Assembly: GCA_963422375.2 (NCBI GenBank)
Contig: OY729427.2
Location: forward strand, 1,344,001-1,408,000
Length of the DNA: 64,000 bases
Source: Bryobacterales bacterium
GTDB lineage: Bacteria > Acidobacteriota > Terriglobia > Bryobacterales > UBA6623
Reading direction: 5' to 3'
Shown: one piece after another, positions 1-8,500 of the stretch
Layout: each line of letters starts with the position of its first letter
Numbering within the stretch: position 1 is the stretch's first letter
The notes under the pieces: model-generated
What the model saw: only the letters and a program-made list of their open reading frames with translations
What the model was told of the DNA's origin: nothing
Database searches by the model: none
Position numbers and translations under genes: made by a program

Positions 1-457
1 CGGGGCGCTGGACCTGAGCTACCGCTCCGACCCGCCCCTGCCGTTTCACGACCTCGTGAGCTTGGTGGCGGTGGGCAAGGAGCCCACGTTCGACCCCACC
101 CTGGCCACGCGCCGTCGCATCGAGCAGCAATCCGTGGTGCAGACCGGCGCCGACGCCCTCCTGAGCCAAGCGCTCGCCCGGCCCATGTCCCGTCGCATGC
201 AGCGGTTTTTCGGCGTGAGCCGCCTCAAGGTGGACCCGCAGGTCGGCGGGCTGGAGGCAAATCCCAGCGCCCGGATCTCCACGGAGCAGCAGATCGCGGA
301 CGACCTCACGCTGATCTACAGCTACGACCTGTCGTCCGCGCAGCAGCAGGCGATTCGCATCGAATGGAATCCCGACCGCCGGTGGTCCTTCGTCGTGACC
401 CGCGACCAGAACGGCCTCGTGGGCTCGGACATCCTCTACCGGGTCCGGCTGCCGTAG
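1..457 (+). CDS. tamB: Translocation and assembly module TamB (DUF490) C-terminal part, truncated by window start
   Basis: C-terminal beta-strand pattern (ARISTEQQIADDLTLIYSYDLSSAQQQAIRIEW...SFVVTRDQNGLVGSDILYRVR) resembles TamB C-termini; frame open from window edge, stop at 457. Confidence 0.7.
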   Translation, partial: GALDLSYRSDPPLPFHDLVSLVAVGKEPTFDPTLATRRRIEQQSVVQTGADALLSQALARPMSRRMQRFFGVSRLKVDPQVGGLEANPSARISTEQQIADDLTLIYSYDLSSAQQQAIRIEWNPDRRWSFVVTRDQNGLVGSDILYRVRLP

Positions 458-467
458 GCCTCGCCCG

Positions 468-1550
468 TCAGGCCAGCTTCAGCGAGGGCTGGGCCGCGAG
501 GTCGAACCCGTCGGTCTCCCCCCGCAGCAGGCGCGGGTACGCCGCCGCGGCGATCATGGCGGCGTTGTCGGTGGAGAGGGCTAGGGTTGGAAAGTAGCAC
601 GGCAGGGGGAGGGACGAGAACGTCGCGCGCAGCCCGGAGTTCGCAGCGACGCCGCCGGCCACGATCACGGATTCGACGCCCTCGTCCTCTGCGGCCCGCT
701 CGGCGCGCCAAAGCAGCTCGCTGGCTACGCGGCGCTGGAAGGAAGCGATCAGGTCCAGGACAGCCTTGCTGGAGGATTCGCGCAAGGCGTCGATGGACGG
801 GCGGCCCGCGGCGAACAGCGCCCGCCTCCGGGCGATCTCCCGCTCTAGGCCGGCGCCCGTGACGTAGCGACGCACCGCCGTCTTGAGGCCGCTGAAGCTC
901 ATGTCGAGGCGGTTGCCCTTCATCCGCGCCGCTGGCAGCGCCACGCCGCCCGGATCCCCGAAGGGCGCGAGCCTGTCGAGCACGGGACCTCCGGGGTACC
1001 CGAATCCGAGGAGCTTCGCAACCTTGTCGTATGCCTCGCCGGCAGCATCGTCCCGGGTGCGCCCCAGCAGGCGGTAGGAATACGCGCCTTGGGCCGGGCG
1101 CTCGGCGACGAACATGTGGCTGTGGCCCCCGCTCACCACCAAGGCGAGCGCCGGAAATTCCACCTCGCCGCCACCGGCGCAACGCTCCAGAACGACCGAG
1201 TGGATGTGCCCCTCAAGATGGTTCACCCCGAGCAGCGGCAGGCGAAGCGAAGCGGCGAGGCCCTTGGCATAGGTGATGCCGACGAGCAACGCTCCAATGA
1301 GGCCGGGCCCGCAGGTAACACCGATGGCGTCGATGTCTCGGTAGCCTAGCCCCGCCCGGGCGAGGGCCTCGCGCACTACCGGGACGATCGCCCGCAAGTG
1401 CTCGCGGGACGCCAGCTCCGGAACGACCCCGCCGAAGGCCGCGTGGACGTCGAATTGCGACGACACCACGTTGGAAAGCAGACGGTCACCGCCCGCGACG
1501 ACAGCCGCTGCCGTTTCGTCGCACGACGTTTCAATGCCAAGAACATTCAT
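468..1550 (-). CDS. tsaD: tRNA N6-adenosine threonylcarbamoyltransferase TsaD
   Basis: [68 protein letters not shown] and TDNAAMIA motifs. Confidence 0.97.
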   Translation of the reverse strand: MNVLGIETSCDETAAAVVAGGDRLLSNVVSSQFDVHAAFGGVVPELASREHLRAIVPVVREALARAGLGYRDIDAIGVTCGPGLIGALLVGITYAKGLAASLRLPLLGVNHLEGHIHSVVLERCAGGGEVEFPALALVVSGGHSHMFVAERPAQGAYSYRLLGRTRDDAAGEAYDKVAKLLGFGYPGGPVLDRLAPFGDPGGVALPAARMKGNRLDMSFSGLKTAVRRYVTGAGLEREIARRRALFAAGRPSIDALRESSSKAVLDLIASFQRRVASELLWRAERAAEDEGVESVIVAGGVAANSGLRATFSSLPLPCYFPTLALSTDNAAMIAAAAYPRLLRGETDGFDLAAQPSLKLA

Positions 1551-1561
1551 GCGACCAAGTG

Positions 1562-1595
1562 GAGCGCCCGCGGGCCCAGAGGCCCGCGGGGGCTC
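1562..1595 (-). promoter_or_regulatory. Strong GC hairpin 11 nt upstream of the tsaD start
   Basis: gagc-g-cccgcgggcc-caga-ggcccgcggg-g-gctc: 10-bp perfect stem (1567-1576/1581-1590) plus a 4-bp extension. No U-tract follows on the minus strand. Confidence 0.6.
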
Positions 1596-1720
1596 GGATT
1601 GCGCTTGCGCGCGTCAGGTTACGGTACCGGTAGCACCCTAGGAACGGCGAGTAGCCGGTCTACGGCAACTGTGTCCCCGTACTGGCAATGACGGGGAATC
1701 GGAACGTCGGAACAGGAAGG

Positions 1721-1777
1721 TCAGCGCTCGGCCACCTCGCCCTCCAGATTGGTACTACCGGTGATAGTGTCGTTCAT
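1721..1777 (-). CDS. 18-aa upstream ORF MNDTITGSTNLEGEVAER (putative leader peptide)
   Basis: ATG at 1777 preceded by AAGGAGGTGATCCAG (1782-1796); TGA at 1721-1723. Too short for the ORF track. Confidence 0.5.
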   Translation of the reverse strand: MNDTITGSTNLEGEVAER

Positions 1778-2541
1778 TTGCCTGGATCACCTCCTTCCGC
1801 CAGTGATGCCGCTATGTTAGCGCACAGTCGGGCCGAAAGTCTCTCCCCGGCGCTCTGTCCTGGCGCGGCGATAGGGGCTTGCCGTCGATAGCTCCGGCGA
1901 ACTGTCGCGAAGGCACGGCTAGCCGGCCGCCCCGAAGGTCCGCACCGACGGAATCGCCCCAACCCGTTGCAAGTCCAAACGGCCTAGGAAGCGGGCATCT
2001 CGCTCTAGCTGCCTGCGGCTTCTTCGACGGAGGTCCGAGGGGAACCTGCAAGGACTCCGAGTCGCTTGGCCCCGTTCGTCGCGTCTGAAACGGTTGCTCG
2101 CCGCAGATCGCGCATGTCCGCGCAGCATGGCCCCGTTTCGCAGGGGCTCCGTCGCTAGGCAGCCAGAGACACAAATGAGATGAAGCGACTAGGCCGGGAG
2201 TTTCAAGCCAGACCCTCGCGGGGAGGAGGCCCCGCTTGCAGTCGGGCCGGGCGTGCATCTCTGGCGCAACAGGCACTGATCAGCGAAAGAGACCTAGCTT
2301 GCCGGGAGAGCCCGCGGTCAAGCGAGACGACTTGGCCACTCTGCCCTCCCGCCGCACCCGGACCGCTGGTGCAGCCGAATCGCACGGGCCGTCGCAGACT
2401 CCCTCCTGCGATGAGGCCAGTGCCTGAAACGGCGAACCTCCGTCCGTGCCTAGGACCACCTCATGCCCCCAACACGGTCGATTGCGCACAACGAAGTCGA
2501 CCCTCCACCTGACCACTCAACGGCACCGTCACTTTCGCAAG

Positions 2542-2550
2542 TGCTATGAT
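2542..2550 (+). promoter_or_regulatory. Candidate extended -10 promoter (TGcTATGAT) for the defence operon
   Basis: TGnTATGAT about 110 nt upstream of the likely ATG at 2660. Confidence 0.35.
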
Positions 2551-2659
2551 GCTGGCTGCGAGGAAAAGGGGAATGCCTGCCACCCTCCCCTCGATGCGGC
2601 CGGCTAGCGCCTTCCAACCGTCAGCACTCGCTCTCCACCAACCGCTTGCACTTCCTTTG

Positions 2660-3424
2660 ATGTCTCGCCCGAGTCCAAGGCAGCCTGACGTCAAGCTCCT
2701 ATGGGGACGAGCCGCGTCCCGTTGTTCGTTCCCAGCTTGCCGACGCGAATTATCCATCGACTCAAACTCTGGCCCAAAGATAATCGGTAAGCAGGCACAT
2801 ATCGTCGCCTACAGTGACAATCCGAATGCGCCACGCTCCTGCTCATCCTATTCGAAACTATTAAGAAATTCCTGCGAGAACTTAATCCTCCTATGCGGCA
2901 CTCATCACGATATCGTTGATAACGATGAGCAAACCTACACGATAGAGGCGCTGCGTACAATGAAAATCACACATGAGAATTGGGTGAACGAATCTTTGCA
3001 AAGCAGCTTCTCCACAGTCGGGTTTCAAGAACTGGATTCGCTAATCCAGAGTCTCCTTCCATTGCCGACGCCACAATCTACAGCACAACCTGATTTCGAG
3101 ACAATACCCTTGAAACAGAAGATGAATCGCAATAGCCTCACTAAGTCAATTGAGTTCCGACTATCACTTGGTCTCAGTCTCACAAGCCATGTCGAGAATG
3201 TCGTATCTGATCGCTCCCTAACCGACAGCGGTTTTGCCAACCGAATTCGAAAGTTACTTGTGCAAGAGTATAGCCGCCTGTTTGCCGGAGGAATGTCAGG
3301 GGATTCGCTCTTTCATAGTCTGGTCGAATATCTGACTCCCTCTGGTCACTCATTCGACAGCGAGGTTGCAGCGCTTGGGATTCTCACCTACTTTTTTGAG
3401 AAGTGTGAGGTATTTGAGAAATGA
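2660..3424 (+). CDS. lmuA: Lamassu/ABC-three-component effector (LmuA-like): N-terminal HNH nuclease plus C-terminal ABC-3C domain
   Basis: KLLWGRAASRCSFPAC...AHIVA...ENLILLCGTHHDIVD HNH/Zn motif; C-terminus YFFEKCEVFEK typical of ABC-3C CTDs. ATG 2660 preferred over track start 2546. Stop overlaps the next ATG (ATGA). Confidence 0.8.
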   Translation: MSRPSPRQPDVKLLWGRAASRCSFPACRRELSIDSNSGPKIIGKQAHIVAYSDNPNAPRSCSSYSKLLRNSCENLILLCGTHHDIVDNDEQTYTIEALRTMKITHENWVNESLQSSFSTVGFQELDSLIQSLLPLPTPQSTAQPDFETIPLKQKMNRNSLTKSIEFRLSLGLSLTSHVENVVSDRSLTDSGFANRIRKLLVQEYSRLFAGGMSGDSLFHSLVEYLTPSGHSFDSEVAALGILTYFFEKCEVFEK

Positions 3425-3648
3425 TACTTCCCAAAAAGCATGTCAGAGTCAAGGCATCATTGCTTGGTCTGGGTGCTGCAATCATCGAAGAACTTGAGAG
3501 ACCCATGACAGTCAATCATCTATGGAATCAGTACCATCAAAGACATTCTAGTGTGCCCTTCGTGCGCTTCGCTCTGGTGCTTTCGTTCCTGTTCACTCTT
3601 GGCGTAATCGAAGAAGATCAAGGATTGTTGCAGAGGCAAACGAGATGA
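3421..3648 (+). CDS. lmuC: ABC-three-component middle component (LmuC-like small protein)
   Basis: 75 aa, MILPKKHV..SLLGLGA.I...L..P.TVNHLW....F..F.L.L.FLF.LG.I; ATGA-coupled on both sides. Confidence 0.8.
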   Translation: MILPKKHVRVKASLLGLGAAIIEELERPMTVNHLWNQYHQRHSSVPFVRFALVLSFLFTLGVIEEDQGLLQRQTR

Positions 3649-5408
3649 TTCGATGCGTATCGTCCAACCAAACTGGTTTCCAGCCGATCCGATTCAAGAA
3701 CGGTCTAAACGTCGTTCTCGCAGACCGAACTATCGAAGAAACAAGGCAAGATAGTCGGAATGGTTTGGAAAAATCGTCACTGGTTGAAGTGATTCATTTC
3801 TGTCTTGGTTCGCGCTTGCAACGAAGAAACCTGTTGAAACACTCCGCGCTCAGAAACTGGGAATTCTCTCTTGAACTTGAGTTTGATGGCAGATCACTGT
3901 GGGTATCAAGAGACACTGGCTCGCAAGAGAATGTCAAGCTTCATGGCGACCTTCCGAGCCGCTTTACGGATGAGTCTAAGCCGCACTCTGACCGAGACGT
4001 TGTGATCAGTTTGGAGCAATGGAAATCTAGTCTTGGTGGATTGCTCTTTGGTATTGCCGAGTTAGAAAAGATCAAGTACCCGCCCACTGCACGTAGCCTA
4101 ATGTCCCATTTTGTGCGTCGGTCCCCAGAAGGGTACTTGTCACCGTTTGAGTTTCACAAGAAGCAAAGAGTTGTGGATCGACAAGTGAATCATTCGTTTC
4201 TTCTCGGGCTTGAGCACAGCCACGCAAGTTCATTTCAGGAATTGAAGGACAAGAAAAATGCAATTGCTTCCCTCAAAAAGCTGGCCTCGAGCGGCCACTT
4301 GGGAGAATTGTCTGGTTCGATTGGAGAGCTGTGGGCACGTAAACGGCGACTACAGAAGATGGTTGATGATCAAGACCGTCAACTGGCGACGTTTCGCGTT
4401 CATCCTCAGTACAACGAAATCACCAAACAGGCGAATGATCTTACTGTCAAGATACAGGCGACAGTAAGGGAAAAACTTAACAGTGAGAGATTGCTTCAGC
4501 TCTACAACCATGGCCTTGACGGGGAGATGGAAACGCTGACAAGTCTTGAATCGGCCGAAGCAAGCATTTTTGAAATGTACAAGACTGTAGGAGTTCAACT
4601 GCCGGGATTGGCACGTAAGAGGATCGAGGAAGTGCAGAGCTTTCATAGGACAATTTTGGCAAATCGACAGGAGTTTCTCAAAGAAGAAGTCGACCGGATC
4701 CAGCGAGACTTGGTTGAACTGAATAAACGAATTCAGGAGTTGAGCGACAAGCGAGCAACGCTAGTTCAGGTCCTTGAGAGCCATGGAGCACTCGAGGAAT
4801 TCACTGGGCTCCAGAGGATTCAAGCAGATGCTCGAACTAATCTGAATGCCGTTAATGAGAAGATTGACCTCTTGGAAAGGATGAATGACAGGATGAGCAA
4901 GCAAAAAATCGAATTAGAGAGTCTCGTGGTTCGCGCAAATCATGATCTGGTAATTCGAAAGTCCATGCGCGATCTTGCAATTGATCTATTCAATGCCAAT
5001 TCACAGTTTCTATACAAGGCTCCCGGAAATCTTGCCATCGATATTGATCGCACCGGCTTCAAGTTCAACATCAACATTGAGCGATCCGGCAGCCACGGTA
5101 TCGACAACATGAAGATTTTCTGCTACGATCTCATGCTAGCTCAGCTGTGGGCGGAGAGGAATCCCAGCCCCGGATTCCTAGTTCACGACAGTACGATCTT
5201 CGACGGTGTCGACGAGAGGCAGGTGGCCCGCGCGATCGAGAGAGCCGCCAGCGAGTCCCGGAAGCGCGGTTTCCAGTACATCTGCATTCTCAACAGCGAC
5301 ACCCTTCCCAAGGATGACTTTTCGCCCGGATTCAACATAGAGGAATTCGTGCGCTTGAGATTGAATGACGCGAGCCCCAGCGGCAGCCTGTTCGGCGTTC
5401 GCTTCTGA
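3645..5408 (+). CDS. lmuB: SMC/Rad50-like ABC ATPase, DUF2326-type (LmuB-like)
   Basis: GLNVVLA, Walker A-like SRNGLEKSS, long coiled coil, signature SGSHG, Walker B/D-loop FLVHDSTIFDGVDERQ, QYICILN. Confidence 0.85.
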   Translation: MIRCVSSNQTGFQPIRFKNGLNVVLADRTIEETRQDSRNGLEKSSLVEVIHFCLGSRLQRRNLLKHSALRNWEFSLELEFDGRSLWVSRDTGSQENVKLHGDLPSRFTDESKPHSDRDVVISLEQWKSSLGGLLFGIAELEKIKYPPTARSLMSHFVRRSPEGYLSPFEFHKKQRVVDRQVNHSFLLGLEHSHASSFQELKDKKNAIASLKKLASSGHLGELSGSIGELWARKRRLQKMVDDQDRQLATFRVHPQYNEITKQANDLTVKIQATVREKLNSERLLQLYNHGLDGEMETLTSLESAEASIFEMYKTVGVQLPGLARKRIEEVQSFHRTILANRQEFLKEEVDRIQRDLVELNKRIQELSDKRATLVQVLESHGALEEFTGLQRIQADARTNLNAVNEKIDLLERMNDRMSKQKIELESLVVRANHDLVIRKSMRDLAIDLFNANSQFLYKAPGNLAIDIDRTGFKFNINIERSGSHGIDNMKIFCYDLMLAQLWAERNPSPGFLVHDSTIFDGVDERQVARAIERAASESRKRGFQYICILNSDTLPKDDFSPGFNIEEFVRLRLNDASPSGSLFGVRF

Positions 5409-5550
5409 TGTTCCTGCCGGATGGCAGGCACCTCCCGACCCCCCTCGGCGTCGGGCGTTAGCCTAGCGCATGGGCCGCGGGAGCCCGCGGGCAGAGCGCC
5501 GCCAAGTACGCCCTCTCGTTCAGGGACCTGCAATGCGTCCGGAGCGAACT

Positions 5551-8500
5551 TCAGAAGTCGAAACGCAGACCGAACTGGACCGACCGCGGGCTGTTGCATT
5601 GCGCGAATACGCGTCCGAACGAGGCCGCGCTCCAGTTCCTGTTGGGATCGCAGAAGACCGTGCGGTTGAACGCATTGGCGATCTGCGTCTCGAAGCGGAG
5701 CTTGAACTTCGGGCTGACCCACGCGTCCTTGAAGAGGCTGAAGTCCTCTGAAACATGACCGAAGCCGCGCACGAAGTTCATCGTGCGCGACGCGTCGCCG
5801 AACTGCAACGGGCCCGGATCTGCAAACGCGAACCGGTCGAAAACGCTGTCGGCGGCGACGTCCAAGGACCCGCCGCGGTCGATCCGCACGCGATTGCTCA
5901 CGACATCCGGGCGCTTCTGCCCGTTGTGGAGGAACGGCTGGAGATCGTTCGCCATGACGACGTTGACCGGAGCGGCGGACTCCACCCGCAGCGCCCCCGA
6001 CACCGACCAGCCGCCGAGCACCTTGGCCGCCAGGCCGGGCGAGCGGAAGAACGGCACCTCGTGGGTGAAGGCCGCCAACACGCGGTGCGGCACGTCCTCC
6101 GCGCTCAGGCCTCGCTCCAAGGAATGAGTGTCCGACGGATTCTGCGGACCATGCCCGAGCCCGTCCGCGACCCGCGTCCGGCCCGCGCCCATGCCGGTCA
6201 GCTTCGACCACGCGTAGCTGGCGTGGAGGTGGGCCCCGGCGGAGAAGCGCTTCTCGACCCTCGTACGCAGAGAATGGTAGAAGCTGTTGCCCGCAGGCAC
6301 GTTCAGGTACCCAATGTTGAGCATGTGAGGAAAGGGGCGCAGGGACTGCGCGACTGTCCGGGCGAAACCGCGATAGGGCAGGTCCACCCCGGTCGCCAGC
6401 GACGCAGAACCCGCCCGCGACGCTAGCAGGCTCGGCCCCAAGTCCAGAATCGAATTGGCGTTCGCGTTCGCAGCCGGACCCAGCACGCGCCGGTCGGCGA
6501 TGAGCCGACTGCCCCGGTTGCCTTCGTATGACAGATCCACCGTGGCCGTGCGCGTCAACTGGCGCTGGATTGCAAGCGACCAGCGCTGGATTCTCGGCAG
6601 GGTCGCACGATCCCGCGTCACGGCCACCGGCGAGGTATTGTTGCCGATGGATGGGTCGATGGACGGGGGCAGGACGATGTTGGACGGCGGGAATCCGTCG
6701 TCAAGGAAGTAGGCCGGATGCCGGCCGTTGCTGAGATCGTTCGCGGTGGCGTGGAACCGGAATCCGAGCGTATTGACCGCCTCCAGCTGGGCGTGCGGAA
6801 CGGAAGAATAGTAGATACCGTAGGCACCCCGCACCACCGACCGGTCACCTGCGCGATACGCAAAGCCGGCACGCGGCCCGAAGGCGTCCTTCGGCGGCGA
6901 TTCCAAGGTTCTGGTGCCCGTTCGCCCCGGCCCTTTCCCGGCGAATATCATCGCTCCGAGGCGGCCGCCCGCTCGCGGATTCGGCACGTTCGGGTCGAAC
7001 GTGGACATGTTGTCGTCCCGCTCCCTGAGCGCTGACTGGAAGTCGAAGCGAATGCCGAGAGTCAGAGTCAGGGAGGAGGTCGCCCGGTACTCGCCCAGGA
7101 CGCTCCACGCCACGAAGCTCTCCGTGATCGTGGGAGAGTCCGGAATCTGGAAATGGGTCGCGTTGACCTGGCCCAGCAGGAAGGATGCGAACGGATCCCC
7201 GGTCGAGGTCATGTTGTGTCCGCGGGCGTCGAAACCACCCGTATGCGAGCGATGGAAGTCGAAGGTCCCCGATACGTTGTTCGCCCATCCCCGGAACGGG
7301 TACCGGTGATGGCGGAACTCCGCGCCCGTCTTGAAGGTGTGGCGCCCCCTGACCCAAGTCACGTGATGCGCGACGCTGTACTGGTGATTCGCGAGGAAGC
7401 CCGCGCGCCCCCATTCGCTGCCAATCGGCGAGTAGCGGGTGTTCCCGGCGAAGGTCAGTGCGGGCGCGCCCGCATCGGTGGCTAGCAACCCGTTGCCTCC
7501 GGCACCCCAGAGCCTGTCCTGCCACCCGGCCCCTGCCGAAATGGCGTGGCCGCGGACATGGAATTCGTCGTAGCCGACGGTCACCTGGTTCAGCAGGTTC
7601 GGAGCTACGGCCCACACCAAGCGCTGTCTAAGGTGATGCGTGGTAACGTCTTCGTACACTCCCGTGCCGTAATAGTCCGCGTTCGCCTCGGGCCTGCCGG
7701 ACGGGTCATGCGACACCCGGCAGCCGGCCGCGCCGCCGCAATTCCGGACCGCCGGATGGCTCGCCCGGCTGAAGTCCGTGGCAGTGCGAAAGCCGCGGGT
7801 GAAGGAATGGTCGAGGCGAAAGAAGTGGCTGGGCGCATCAAGCACCCATATCTGGTCGCCGACCGGATTGCCCTGCACGTTGAACTCGAGCCCCGGCCGC
7901 TGCGGCTCGACCATGAACGGCACGACGCGGGACGAGACCCGGCTGCGCATCGGATGCGCCTTCGGAATCGCATTGTTCGGGAACGCATCGCGCGCGGGCA
8001 CGCCCCTATGGGTGCGCGTCGAGGCGGGATCGAAGATCTGGCCCGCCAGAATAGCGCGGCCAAGTGCATCGGACGCGACCGTCCGGCCGGTCAGGAGCCG
8101 CCCGAAATCCCCTTGCCTGAATGACTCCACCGGCACCGAGTTGCCGAATCCCGATTGCACGCCGGAGCGCACGGACAGGCGGTCGTAGTGATACGAGAAA
8201 TACGTCTTGTCCTTGACGACCGGACCGCCCACGAAGGCACCGAAAGCGTTCCGCCTGGCCTTGCCCCTGGCGCCGAAAAAACCGCGGGCGTTGAGGATGT
8301 CGTTGCCCAGCCGGTAGTAGAGGCCGCCGTGAAACTCGTTAGTGCCTCGCTTGGCGGGGAAAGCCAGGAAACCGGCCCCCGCGCCGCCCGGTGCGCGCGC
8401 CCGACGCGCTTCGGTCACCCGGTCGCGCGACTCCTCGACCGGCAGATTCGCGTGCCGCACTCTCGCGGCCGCGCGCCTCCCCTCCCCGGGATGCAGTAAT

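Larger units (their letters stand above)
1562..1807 (-). ncRNA. Candidate structured RNA or leader upstream of tsaD (rod-like fold)
   Basis: Nested helices 1751-1762/1626-1637, 1729-1741/1646-1657, 1781-1784/1615-1618 and apical 1674-1680/1691-1697. Mismatches become G-U pairs only on the minus strand. Possible -10 TAACAT at 1814-1819. Confidence 0.5.

Noticed and set aside
1782..1796. 16S rRNA 3'-end sequence CTGGATCACCTCCTT on the plus strand
   Set aside because: Only 15 nt match and the flanks are not rRNA-like; better read as an extended SD on the minus strand.
2270..2426. 9-bp inverted repeat caggcactg/cagtgcctg upstream of the defence operon as a MITE end
   Set aside because: Too short, with no target duplication or second copy seen.
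2546..2659. N-terminal extension of the HNH effector in the ORF track
   Set aside because: Low-complexity and overlapping a promoter-like motif; family-like sequence starts at ATG 2660.
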